Source: Candidatus Bathyarchaeia archaeon (GTDB lineage Archaea > Thermoproteota > Bathyarchaeia > Bathyarchaeales > DTEX01). Taken from it: 64,000 nucleotides of DNA. The stretch is from the NCBI GenBank assembly GCA_038897035.1, contig JAWAXF010000003.1, positions 64 to 64,063 on the forward strand, read 5' to 3'. The notes beneath the pieces were generated by a model, which was not told where the DNA came from, searched no databases, and saw nothing but the letters and a program-made list of their open reading frames with translations. Positions 10,074 to 19,546 of this stretch are shown here, piece by piece. Made by a program: the position numbers and the translations under genes. Numbering within the stretch: the stretch's first letter is position 1; every line of letters starts with the position of its first letter.

Positions 10074-10727
10074 TCATTTAGGTAAACTTTCACTCTTAGC
10101 CTCGGTAGACTTTGGCGCAATAAGCTCTGGGAACTTTTCCTTCATCTTCTCCTCAGCTATAAGCGCTGCCTCCTCAAGTATCTTTTGAGCCTCCTCGCTC
10201 ATCACCTCAGTTTCGACACCAACACCAACTGTGTGACTGGACTCAATCATTATCTCATCGAGCATGCTCATTATTACTCCTAGCTCCTGCTCCGCGTTCG
10301 GCATCAATCCCGCTATTCCGGAGCGTATGTCTTTAAGTATATCCATTACCGGCGCTATAACCGCGGCTGCGTTACCTAAATGTGTGATCGTTCCAAGTCT
10401 CAGCGCAACTCTCTCAAGGGCTAGCCTAGCATTTGACATTAGGTTTATAGTCTTCCTTATCTCCGCTAACTCATTGGCGTAAATTGTAGCTCTCCTCATG
10501 TCATGCCCGGAGTATGCTTCGACCACTTTAGAAAATAAAGACTTGTCCCTCTCAGTCATGCTATTAATAGCTCTATCAAGTGCCTGGGCCTGCGCCTCTA
10601 TACGTTTTATAACCAATGAAAGTTTATATTTTAGGGGCTGCTGCGGTCTAACCGCGCCAACAATCCTATCAATTATTGTAGTCTCGGCTCCCTCCCATTC
10701 TTTACTAAATTTTGACATCCATTTCAC
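10074..10727 (-). CDS. ESCRT-III/Snf7-family (CdvB-like) protein
   Basis: 217 aa, predicted all-helical. The pattern matches archaeal Snf7-domain proteins: basic N-terminal hairpin LKYKLSLVIKRIEAQAQALDRAI, then ATIYANELAEIRKTINLMSNARLALERVALRLGT, then PVMDILKDIRSGIAGLMPNAEQELGVIMSMLDEI, then an acidic C-terminal helix EEAQKILEEAALIAEEKMKEKF. A PspA/Vipp1-type relative cannot be excluded. Confidence 0.5.
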   Translation of the reverse strand: MKWMSKFSKEWEGAETTIIDRIVGAVRPQQPLKYKLSLVIKRIEAQAQALDRAINSMTERDKSLFSKVVEAYSGHDMRRATIYANELAEIRKTINLMSNARLALERVALRLGTITHLGNAAAVIAPVMDILKDIRSGIAGLMPNAEQELGVIMSMLDEIMIESSHTVGVGVETEVMSEEAQKILEEAALIAEEKMKEKFPELIAPKSTEAKSESLPK

Positions 10728-10812
10728 CCCAACCGTTTCTGAGCCTAGATGTATATTTGAGTATTCTTATTATCTAGGTATCTACGCGCTTGTTACAGCC
10801 GCTTAAGAGTAT

Positions 10813-11574
10813 TTAAGGCTGCCCTTGGAAGTCTTTTTGGAAAATGGCTGTTTTAAGTTCCGCGAGGATCAGCATTTCTTTAATACGCTCAATAGAGAGC
10901 TTCTCCCAAAATATGCCCCTTGGTCTCCCACCCGTACAGTTTATTCTGATAACTTTTGTTGGTGTTACTATGGCGTTAACCACAAGGTCATAGGGCTCTT
11001 TTGGCACGAAATCAACTACTTGAATGTCATGGACTGTTGTGAAGATGGCCGTGTCATCATCTACAGCGCCTATCTCACGTAGTATCCCATACTCTATCTC
11101 ACTATACCCCCCACCCTTACCAACACGGACGCCATCCCTAGACACCGCCACGGAACCCGCAACGAATAAGTCCACTTTAGGGACATCTTTAAGCCCGAGT
11201 GCCTCACCATACCTGAAAGCGCCATGGATTGTTGATGCCTCATCGTAGGCTCTTTTCGGAATCTTGCTTGGATCGAGGAGCAGAAAACCCGACCTGAGCT
11301 TCGGAGTCGGCATAAGCAGAATTTTCCCGCTCAAAAGGGTGAGGTATCTGACGGCCTTCTGTGGGGAGTCTGGATTAACCTTAACGACCCTAGCCTTACT
11401 AAATTCCTCCTGCTCGGAAAGCTTCCGAGCGGCGGTCTCGGCACCAATAAAATTCGGTATTCTCCCATAAACTGGCCCAGGAAACCTTGCTACATTAGTC
11501 TTCTCCATTAAATCCCATATTCTGCGACGTATTTCTTCCTTGATTGATCTTAGAATCTCGTCTTCAGTTTCCAT
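10813..11574 (-). CDS. 5-formyltetrahydrofolate cyclo-ligase family protein
   Basis: Has the GKGGGYSEIEY motif (GxGxGYYD-type) and the DLFVAGSVAVSRDGVRVGKG context typical of the MTHFS family. Confidence 0.6.
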   Translation of the reverse strand: METEDEILRSIKEEIRRRIWDLMEKTNVARFPGPVYGRIPNFIGAETAARKLSEQEEFSKARVVKVNPDSPQKAVRYLTLLSGKILLMPTPKLRSGFLLLDPSKIPKRAYDEASTIHGAFRYGEALGLKDVPKVDLFVAGSVAVSRDGVRVGKGGGYSEIEYGILREIGAVDDDTAIFTTVHDIQVVDFVPKEPYDLVVNAIVTPTKVIRINCTGGRPRGIFWEKLSIERIKEMLILAELKTAIFQKDFQGQP

Positions 11575-11673
11575 GCATATCCTTTACTATATTATCAAAA
11601 AGTCACATATATAAGAGATTATAATTTGCTAATTCTTCCCAGCTCTCGAAGTACTATTGCCATTTTGAGCGAA

Positions 11674-13245
11674 ATGCTTTTATATGTAATACCTGCAATA
11701 TCTTTGATCTTGAGGTTTGCGAAATGGGGTATTGCTTTATTTAATCGCAAAAACCGCTTTGCTGATAAAATAAGGATTTTTGATACAACCCTGCGCGATG
11801 GGGAGCAAACGCCCGGCGTATCATTAACTCCTGAAAAGAAGGTTTTGATTGCTAAAAAGCTTAATGAGCTAGGCGTGGACATTATAGAGGCTGGATTTGC
11901 GGCGGCATCAGAGGGTGAGATGGAGGCTATAAGACTTATTGCCAGGGAAAATTTGAGGGCTGAAGTATGTAGCTTTGCAAGAGGCGTGAAGAGCGACATA
12001 GATGCTGCACTTAAATGTGATGTAGACTCGGTCTTTTTAGTTATACCAGCTTCAGATATCCAGATTAAAAGTAAGTTCCAGAAAAACAGAGAGGAGATTT
12101 TGAAGATGGTTGAAGAGCATGTTGAGTATGCTAAGGACCATGGGCTAATAGTTGAGTTTGGGCCGGAGGACGCTACAAGGAGCAATATGGCTTTTCTTAA
12201 GGAGATGATTAGAACAGCGCTTTCCGCCGGCGCAGATAGGATCACCCCACCGGACACTGTAGGCATACTAACACCGGAGAGAGCCTACGAGTTCTTCTCC
12301 GAGTTAAAAGCAGAGTTTCCAAAAACTGCCTTCGGAACCCATTGTCATAATGACTTCGGCTTAGCCACCGCTAATACCCTTGCAGCCCTAAGAGCCGGAG
12401 TGGAGATTGCTCATGTTACTGTTAATGGTTTGGGTGAGAGGGCTGGCAACGCGGCCTTAGAAGAGGTGGTCATGTCGCTAAAAATCCAATATAATGTGAG
12501 TACCCCAATAAGGACAGAGCTACTTTACAAGACGTCACTATTTGTTTCAAGGTTAACTGGCATCCCTATTCAGCCTAATAAGGCTATTGTTGGAGAAAAT
12601 GCCTTTACCCATGAGTCTGGAATACACACCCATGCAATCCTGGCAGACCCACTCTCATATGAGCCCATACCACCAGAGACTGTGGGTAGAGTTAGAAGGC
12701 TTGTTGTTGGGAAGCACGCTGGCATACATGGGATTAAGGCGGCGTTGATAGAGATGGGGATCAGCCCAACTGAGGAGCAGCTCAAGGAAATATTTAGGAG
12801 GGTTAAGGAGATAGGCGATAAGGGCAAGAGGGTTACGGACGCCGATTTAAAGGCCATTGCTGAAGCAGTTATGGGGATGCCATCCCTCCAGCCGATAAAG
12901 CTTGAAGAGCTAACAGTCGTAACTGGAAACCACGTTATGCCGACGGCATCTGTTAGGCTCAACGTTAACAACAAGATTATTGTAGAGTCTGCTACGGGTG
13001 TTGGCCCGGTAGACGCTGCAATGAACGCCATGAGAAAGGCAGTATTAGCTATAGAGCCGATTCATTTAGAAGAGTATCATGTTAAGGCCATAACTGGGGG
13101 GACGGACGCTGTGGTTGAGGTGATAGTTAAGTTGCGTAAAGGTGATAGGATGGCGACGGCGATGGGCGTGCATGAGGATATAGTGATGGCAAGCGTTAAT
13201 GCCATGATAAGCGGGATAAACGCTCTGATGGGAAAAAATCAATAG
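11674..13245 (+). CDS. leuA: 2-isopropylmalate synthase / (R)-citramalate synthase, paralog 1
   Basis: Carries [55 protein letters not shown], and a C-terminal LeuA-dimer/regulatory domain. The true start is unclear: no ATG, GTG or TTG lies close to the conserved IRIFDTT. Candidates are ATG 11674 and TTG 11704 or 11710. Confidence 0.85.
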   Translation: MLLYVIPAISLILRFAKWGIALFNRKNRFADKIRIFDTTLRDGEQTPGVSLTPEKKVLIAKKLNELGVDIIEAGFAAASEGEMEAIRLIARENLRAEVCSFARGVKSDIDAALKCDVDSVFLVIPASDIQIKSKFQKNREEILKMVEEHVEYAKDHGLIVEFGPEDATRSNMAFLKEMIRTALSAGADRITPPDTVGILTPERAYEFFSELKAEFPKTAFGTHCHNDFGLATANTLAALRAGVEIAHVTVNGLGERAGNAALEEVVMSLKIQYNVSTPIRTELLYKTSLFVSRLTGIPIQPNKAIVGENAFTHESGIHTHAILADPLSYEPIPPETVGRVRRLVVGKHAGIHGIKAALIEMGISPTEEQLKEIFRRVKEIGDKGKRVTDADLKAIAEAVMGMPSLQPIKLEELTVVTGNHVMPTASVRLNVNNKIIVESATGVGPVDAAMNAMRKAVLAIEPIHLEEYHVKAITGGTDAVVEVIVKLRKGDRMATAMGVHEDIVMASVNAMISGINALMGKNQ

Positions 13246-13510
13246 ATACCATTTTCATATTTCATAGAGCAAGATTTTTAAGCGACATCCGCATAATAAT
13301 ATGCGGTTCCATCCCTTGGAGGGCAGAAAGTGAGGGAGAGCCGGGTACGGAGGAGTTGTTACCTTAATAAACATTAAAAGATGGTTTTTTAGAAATGTTT
13401 CACAAAAATTTGAGACTATGCGTAATTGCATAAAGTTTCCCCGTGTTTTCTCGAGATTTAGGGGTTTCCTGGAAGTAAAATCATGCAATTGCAGTGGAGG
13501 TGTTTTCTAG

Positions 13511-15199
13511 ATGGTTCTGATGAACGGAGCGAGGGTCTTAATAGAGGCGTTGAAGAGGGAAAAGGTTGGAGTAATATTCGGTATACCCGGCGGAGCAATA
13601 TTGCCAGTCTATGACGAACTGTGTAAAGATTTGGACATAAACCATATTTTGGTGCGTCACGAACAGTGCGCCGCTCATGCAGCCGACGGTTATTCTAGGG
13701 CTAGCGGCCGAGTTGGAGTCTGCATGGCTACCTCCGGGCCGGGCGCCACGAACCTTGTCACTGGAATTGCAACTGCCTACATGGATTCTTCATCGATAGT
13801 TGCTATAACTGGTCAGGTTCCAAGAGCACTCATAGGTAAAGATGCTTTTCAGGAAGCCGACATAATTGGTATAACAACGCCCATAACCAAATGTAACTTT
13901 CAAGTTAGAAGCGCCACCGAGATACCTAAAATCGTTAAGACAGCCTTCTACGTTGCTTCCACTGGCAGATGTGGACCGGTTCTCATAGATTTACCTAGAG
14001 ATGTGCAAACAGAGGAGGCCGATGTGAAATTTGGTGATGAAATCGAGCTTAGAGGGTATAGGCCTGTTTATGATCCCCATCCATTGCAAATAGAGAGGGC
14101 TGTTGAATTATTAATTGGAGCTGAGCGGCCAGTGATAGTCGCTGGAGGGGGAGTTATAGCCTCAAACTCATGTAAAGAGCTAGTTGCATTAGCGGAGCTT
14201 CTGCTCGCGCCCGTTGCTACAACATTAATGGGTAAGGGCGCCATACCGGAGAATCATCCGCTCTCCGTCGGAATGCTTGGTATGCATGGAACAGTTGCGG
14301 CCAATCACCTAGTTCAGGATGCTGATGTGCTGCTGGCTGTGGGCATGAGGTTCTCAGACAGAACCACTGGAAACTTTAAGACCTTCTGCCCGAATGGGAA
14401 AATAATACATATTGACATAGATGCCTCTGAGATAGGTAAGAACGTTAGGCCCCACATTCCTATAGTCGCGGATGCGAAGAGAGCTTTACAGGCCATATAC
14501 CAACGCCTACTCGAGAGGGCTCGGAGAAAGGAGAAGTCTGCCTGGCTTGAGAGAATGCAGGAGCTTAAAAGAATGCAGGAGGAAGTTGCCGAATCAAAAA
14601 AGGGTGATGGGATTAAGCCGCCAGCCCTGATGGCGGAGATAAGAAGGATTCTGCCTAATGGTGCCATAATAACTACTGAGGTGGGCCAGAATCAGATGTG
14701 GGCTGCGCTATACCTGAAGGTCTATAAGCCGAGGACATTCATAAGCTCCGGCGGGCTTGGAACTATGGGCTTCGGCTTTCCAGCCGCTATAGGGGCCAAA
14801 GTCGCTTGCCCGGATGTCCCAGTAGTAGATATAGCTGGTGATGGAAGCTTTATAATGACCGAACAGGATCTTGCGACCTCAGTTGCATGGAAAATACCGG
14901 TTATAGTAATAGTGTTAAATAATTCGGTTCTGGGGATGGTTGCTCAATGGCAGAGGTTATTCTATGGTAGGCGCTACTTTGCAGTACACCTTAATGGTAT
15001 ACCGGATTTCGTTAAGCTTGCTGAAGCGTATGGTGCGCAGGGGATTAGGGTACAGTCGATTGGGGAGCTCAGGGGAGCTCTTAAGACCGCTCTGAACAGC
15101 GATGTAACCACAGTTATAGATGTACCAATATCTTCAGAGGAGAACGTTTTACCGATGGTTCCGCCGGGTCAGGATATTAGGAACTTAATGTTGAGTTGA
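13511..15199 (+). CDS. ilvB: Acetolactate synthase large (catalytic) subunit, ThDP-dependent
   Basis: Carries GIPGGAILPVYD, ATSGPGATNLVTGIATAYMDS and the ThDP motif GGLGTMGFGFPAAIGAK...GDGSFIMTEQDL. GGAGGTG lies about 10 nt upstream of the ATG. Confidence 0.9.
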   Translation: MVLMNGARVLIEALKREKVGVIFGIPGGAILPVYDELCKDLDINHILVRHEQCAAHAADGYSRASGRVGVCMATSGPGATNLVTGIATAYMDSSSIVAITGQVPRALIGKDAFQEADIIGITTPITKCNFQVRSATEIPKIVKTAFYVASTGRCGPVLIDLPRDVQTEEADVKFGDEIELRGYRPVYDPHPLQIERAVELLIGAERPVIVAGGGVIASNSCKELVALAELLLAPVATTLMGKGAIPENHPLSVGMLGMHGTVAANHLVQDADVLLAVGMRFSDRTTGNFKTFCPNGKIIHIDIDASEIGKNVRPHIPIVADAKRALQAIYQRLLERARRKEKSAWLERMQELKRMQEEVAESKKGDGIKPPALMAEIRRILPNGAIITTEVGQNQMWAALYLKVYKPRTFISSGGLGTMGFGFPAAIGAKVACPDVPVVDIAGDGSFIMTEQDLATSVAWKIPVIVIVLNNSVLGMVAQWQRLFYGRRYFAVHLNGIPDFVKLAEAYGAQGIRVQSIGELRGALKTALNSDVTTVIDVPISSEENVLPMVPPGQDIRNLMLS

Positions 15200-15205
15200 T
15201 GGGGT

Positions 15206-15721
15206 ATGGAGAAAGAAGAGAAGTTTTACATGATCTCTGCGATAGTTGAGCATAAACCGGGGGTCCTTCATGCAATTTCAAGCATGTTTAGGAGGAGGGG
15301 GTTTAATATAGAGAGTATATCCGTCGGCGCGTCAGAAGAACCAGATCTAGCCAGAATGACGATAACGATTAAGGGTAATGAAACCATCATCGAGCAGGTT
15401 GTTAAGCAATTGAGGAAGATCGTAAGTGTTATTAAGGTAAGCATTCTAGATCCGAAATATACGGTTGCTAGGGAGCTGGCTCTTATTAAAGTGAGTACAT
15501 CAGATTCGAAGATTAGATCTGACGTGATAAATTATACTGAAATATTTAAGGGGCACATCGTGGATGTGGCACATGACTCATTAACAATAGAAATGACTGG
15601 AGACTCAGAGAAGATAAATGCTTTTATAGAGCTCATGAAGCCATTTGGCATAAAAGAGATAGCAAGAACTGGTATAGCTGCCCTCCCAAGGGGTATGAAG
15701 TCTACTAAAATGGAGTGGTGA
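15206..15721 (+). CDS. ilvN: Acetolactate synthase small (regulatory) subunit, ACT domain
   Basis: [33 protein letters not shown] is the typical IlvH/IlvN ACT N-terminus. The gene follows ilvB directly. Confidence 0.85.
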   Translation: MEKEEKFYMISAIVEHKPGVLHAISSMFRRRGFNIESISVGASEEPDLARMTITIKGNETIIEQVVKQLRKIVSVIKVSILDPKYTVARELALIKVSTSDSKIRSDVINYTEIFKGHIVDVAHDSLTIEMTGDSEKINAFIELMKPFGIKEIARTGIAALPRGMKSTKMEW

Positions 15722-15723
15722 TA

Positions 15724-16725
15724 ATTATGGTTAAGATATATTTTGATAGGGATGCGAACCTTGAGGTAATCAAGGATAAAACTATGGCAGTCATAGGCTA
15801 TGGCAGTCAGGGCCGAGCCCAAGCCATGAACATGCGGGACTCTGATCTTAGAGTAATAATCGGTTTAAGGCCGGAAGGCCCCTCATGGGAGAGGGCTAAG
15901 CTAGATGGTTTCAAAGTATACACGATACCAGAGGCCGTGAAGGCGGGTGACATAATCTTCATGCTGGTTCCAGACATGGTTCAACCAGTTATCTACAAGG
16001 AGTATATTGAGCCAAACTTATCTGAAGGGAAGGTTTTGGACTTCGCGCATGGCTTCAATATACATTTTGGGCAGATTGTACCCCCAAAGAACGTGGATGT
16101 CATAATGGTTGCGCCTAAAGCTCCAGGGCCAAGGCTCCGTGAAACCTTCATCAGCGGTTTCGGTGTACCTGCATTGATAGCCGTATACCAAGATTATTCT
16201 GGCAGAGCAAAGGAGATAGCGCTTGCGATCGCTAAGGCTTTTGGGTGCACTAGGGCTGGCGTAATAGAAACCACGTTCAAAGATGAGACTGAGAGCGATC
16301 TAATAGGCGAGCAAACAGTTCTCGTGGGCGGCCTCATAGAGCTCATAAAGAAGGGGTTTGAGGTCCTGGTCGAATGCGGCTATCCACCTGAACTCGCATA
16401 CTTTGAGGCTTGTAACGAGGCTAAGCTAATAATGGACTTGATATATGAGGGGGGTTTAACCGGTATGCTTAAAGCAGTTTCGGAGACCGCCAGGTATGGT
16501 GGGCTGAGTGTTGGGCCTAAAGTGATAGATGAGCATGTTAAGGAGAACATGCTGAGGGCCGCGATAAGGGTGCGAAGCGGGGAGTTCGCCAAAGAGTGGA
16601 TTACCGAATACAGGTCTGGGGGAGAGAACCTTAAGAGATTATTAAGGGGGATTGAGGAGCACCCCCTCGAGAAAGTTGGCTTAATAATACGCAAGATGTC
16701 CGGTCTAGAGAAGAACCAAGCTTAG
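15724..16725 (+). CDS. ilvC: Ketol-acid reductoisomerase
   Basis: [39 protein letters not shown] carries the Rossmann GYGSQG motif, and EQTVLVGG is also present. ATG 15724 is preferred over the GTG at 15715 used by the ORF track. Confidence 0.9.
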   Translation: MMVKIYFDRDANLEVIKDKTMAVIGYGSQGRAQAMNMRDSDLRVIIGLRPEGPSWERAKLDGFKVYTIPEAVKAGDIIFMLVPDMVQPVIYKEYIEPNLSEGKVLDFAHGFNIHFGQIVPPKNVDVIMVAPKAPGPRLRETFISGFGVPALIAVYQDYSGRAKEIALAIAKAFGCTRAGVIETTFKDETESDLIGEQTVLVGGLIELIKKGFEVLVECGYPPELAYFEACNEAKLIMDLIYEGGLTGMLKAVSETARYGGLSVGPKVIDEHVKENMLRAAIRVRSGEFAKEWITEYRSGGENLKRLLRGIEEHPLEKVGLIIRKMSGLEKNQA

Positions 16726-16738
16726 TTAGTGAAGAGTT

Positions 16739-18016
16739 ATGTGCGGAATGACTATTTCAGAGAAGATTCTTGCGCATGCCGCTGGATTAGATTTCGTTAA
16801 GCCAGGTGAGATAGTCGACGCGAAGGTAGACATGGCCATGGCGAACGATATAACCGGGCCGCTGGCAATAAAAATGTTCAGGCGTATAGGTCTTAAGAAG
16901 GTTTGGGATAGGCAGCGTATAGTTTTAGTACTGGATCATCAAGTTCCAGCGGACTCGGTGAGGTCGGCTGAGCTGCACAAGATTATGAGGGAGTTTGCTA
17001 GGGAGCAGAATATAGAGCTCCTATATGATGTTGGTGATGGAGGGGTATGCCACCAAGTTATGGTTGAGGGGGGTCATGTGAGACCTGGGGACCTCATCGT
17101 TGGGGCTGATTCACATACATGCACCTACGGCGCTTTAGGTGCATTTGCAACTGGTACAGGTTCAACTGAGATTGCGGCGGTCTTCGCAACTGGAAGAATA
17201 TGGTTAAGAGTCCCAGAGACAGTAAAGATAAATGTTACTGGCAGATTCCAGAAGTTTGTAACCCCGAAGGATTTGATTCTCCATGTCATTGGTAAGATTG
17301 GAGCCGATGGGGCGATTTATAAGGCTATAGAGTTTACCGGTCCAGCTATACGTGAGATGAGCATAGGTGGTCGACTAACACTATGTAACATGGTTGTTGA
17401 GATGGGTGCGAAAAACGGCATAATAGAGCCTGATGAAAAGATCATAGAATACGTTAAGAGCAGAACTGATAAGCCGTTTAAAATATTTAAGAGTGATCCG
17501 GACGCTAAGTATGAGGAAATTATGGAGTTTAATACGGATTCCTTGGGGCCGATGGTTGCCTGCCCCCACTCCGTTGACAATGTTAAGCCAGTTAAAGATG
17601 TTGAGGGTATGGAGATAAATCAAGCCTTCCTAGGCTCATGCACAAATGGCCGGTTGGAGGATCTTGAGTTGGCCGCGAGAATACTTAAGGGCAGGCGCAT
17701 CAAGAAGGGAGTTAGAATGATAGTTATCCCAGCATCAACACGAGTCTACCTAGAGGCTCTTGAAAGCGGGCTGATCGAGATCTTCATCAAGGCTGGCGCA
17801 TGCGTCTCTAACCCGACGTGCGGGGCATGCTTCGGCGGGCATATGGGTCTCCTCGCCCCCGGAGAAGTCTGCATAAGCGCCTCAAACAGAAACTTTGTTG
17901 GTAGGATGGGTAGCCCAGAAGCCATGATCTATCTAGCGTCGCCAGCGACGGTCGCAGCCTCAGCAATTGAGGGAAAGATTACCGATCCAAGACGCTTTCT
18001 GGAGGGTTCTGCATGA
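16739..18016 (+). CDS. leuC: 3-isopropylmalate dehydratase (aconitase-family) large subunit
   Basis: Carries TISEKILA, VLDHQVP, GADSHTCTYGALGAFATGTG, and cluster-binding Cys contexts GSCTNGR and NPTCGACFG. Confidence 0.85.
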   Translation: MCGMTISEKILAHAAGLDFVKPGEIVDAKVDMAMANDITGPLAIKMFRRIGLKKVWDRQRIVLVLDHQVPADSVRSAELHKIMREFAREQNIELLYDVGDGGVCHQVMVEGGHVRPGDLIVGADSHTCTYGALGAFATGTGSTEIAAVFATGRIWLRVPETVKINVTGRFQKFVTPKDLILHVIGKIGADGAIYKAIEFTGPAIREMSIGGRLTLCNMVVEMGAKNGIIEPDEKIIEYVKSRTDKPFKIFKSDPDAKYEEIMEFNTDSLGPMVACPHSVDNVKPVKDVEGMEINQAFLGSCTNGRLEDLELAARILKGRRIKKGVRMIVIPASTRVYLEALESGLIEIFIKAGACVSNPTCGACFGGHMGLLAPGEVCISASNRNFVGRMGSPEAMIYLASPATVAASAIEGKITDPRRFLEGSA

Positions 18017-18522
18017 GGGTTTCTGGCAGGGCAATTAAGTATGGCGATAACATAAATACTGACGTCATAATCCCAAGCAAGTACCTGACATCCTTGGATC
18101 CGGATGAGTGGGCTAAGCATGCCATGGAGGGTGTAGATCCAGATTTTCCGAGGAAGGCTAGGGAGGGTGTCATCATTGTTGCTGGAAGAAACTTTGGTTG
18201 CGGCTCAAGCCGCGAACAAGCTCCCCAAGCTTTAAAGCATGCTGGTGCCAAGTGCATACTTGCCGAATCATTTGCCAGAATATTCTACAGGAATGCCATA
18301 AATATAGGTCTACCAGTCCTAGAGGTGCCTGGAGTGACAGCTAAGGTTAACGAGGGCAATATGCTTCACGTCTATCTTGACGAGGGGAGAATTATTAATG
18401 AGGGCAGCGGCGAAGTTATCTTTGCAAATAAACTCCCAGATTTTATTCTCGAGATTATTAGGGATGGAGGATTAATTGAGCATTTGATTAGAGTCACGGG
18501 GGGAAAAGGGAATAATGTATAA
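18013..18522 (+). CDS. leuD: 3-isopropylmalate dehydratase small subunit
   Basis: Carries GDNINTDVIIPSKYL and AGRNFGCGSSREQAPQALK. It overlaps the leuC stop by 4 nt. Confidence 0.85.
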   Translation: MRVSGRAIKYGDNINTDVIIPSKYLTSLDPDEWAKHAMEGVDPDFPRKAREGVIIVAGRNFGCGSSREQAPQALKHAGAKCILAESFARIFYRNAINIGLPVLEVPGVTAKVNEGNMLHVYLDEGRIINEGSGEVIFANKLPDFILEIIRDGGLIEHLIRVTGGKGNNV

Positions 18523-19540
18523 GATTGCCTTAATTCCTGGTGATGGTATTGGCTCAGAATTGACCGAAGCAACTATGACCGTCTTGAAGGCTGTTCAAAA
18601 GAGGCTTCCCTTAAACTTGGAGTTTATTGAGCTTGAGGCTGGGGATGCATGTTATGCAAGGCGTGGCACAGCCCTCCCAGAGGAGACGATAGAGGGTATA
18701 CGTAGGTCACATGTCTGTATCAAGGGCCCCGTTGGCGAGACCGCCGCGGACGTAATAGTCAGGCTTAGGCTTATGTTCGACTTATATGCTAACATACGCC
18801 CAATAAAATCTTATCCTAATACACCAAGCCTAAGAGATGATATAGACCTCGTTATCGTTAGGGAGAATACTGAGGACGTGTATAAGGGCTTTGAATTTAA
18901 AGTTAACGAGGATACGGCGGTTGCTTTGAGGGTGATAACTAGGCGAGGTTGTGAGCGCATAGCGAGAAAAGCCTTCGAGATCGCGCTTAGAAGAAGGAGG
19001 AGGGTTACTGCTGTTCACAAGGCAAACGTTATGCGGGTTACATGCGGGCTATTTGCTGAGGTATGCCGGATGGTTGCTAAAGAGTATCCCTCAGTATCCT
19101 ATGAGGAACAGTATGTTGATGCCATGGCTATGAGACTGATAAAGGAGCCACAGAGCTTTGACATCATAGTTACAACAAATATGTTTGGTGACATACTATC
19201 TGACGAGGCTGCGCAGCTCGTTGGGGGTCTTGGCATGGCTCCTGGCGGAAATATAGGTGACGACTACGCGATCTTTGAGCCAGTTCACGGCTCAGCGCCT
19301 ACAAGGGTTGGCAAACGCACGGCCAATCCATGTTCAATGATTCTAGCTGCTAAGATGATGTTTGACTGGCTCGGAGAAAGGTACAATGATCAATTATGCT
19401 CTAGGGCGGCTTGGCTCATAGAGAACGGGGTTATATCCGCTCTAAAGAAGAGCCTCTCTGTGCCAGATTTGGGTGGAAGATCGAGGACAGATGAGATGGC
19501 CGAGGCCATAGCCAACGAAATATCTGAGATCAATATCTAG
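18515..19540 (+). CDS. leuB: 3-isopropylmalate dehydrogenase
   Basis: Carries IALIPGDGIGSE, LVIVRENTEDVY and NMFGDILSDEAAQLVGGLGMAPGGNIG. It overlaps the leuD end. Confidence 0.85.
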   Translation: MYKIALIPGDGIGSELTEATMTVLKAVQKRLPLNLEFIELEAGDACYARRGTALPEETIEGIRRSHVCIKGPVGETAADVIVRLRLMFDLYANIRPIKSYPNTPSLRDDIDLVIVRENTEDVYKGFEFKVNEDTAVALRVITRRGCERIARKAFEIALRRRRRVTAVHKANVMRVTCGLFAEVCRMVAKEYPSVSYEEQYVDAMAMRLIKEPQSFDIIVTTNMFGDILSDEAAQLVGGLGMAPGGNIGDDYAIFEPVHGSAPTRVGKRTANPCSMILAAKMMFDWLGERYNDQLCSRAAWLIENGVISALKKSLSVPDLGGRSRTDEMAEAIANEISEINI

Positions 19541-19546
19541 GGGTGT

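Noticed and set aside
11619-12266. Long minus-strand ORFs antisense to real genes. Examples are 11619-12266, 12570-13031, 14314-14667, 20557-21024, 24091-24630, 38329-38700 and 63401-63826.
   Set aside because: They are Ser/Leu/Pro/Ala-rich shadow frames lying entirely inside well-supported genes on the opposite strand, with no motifs.
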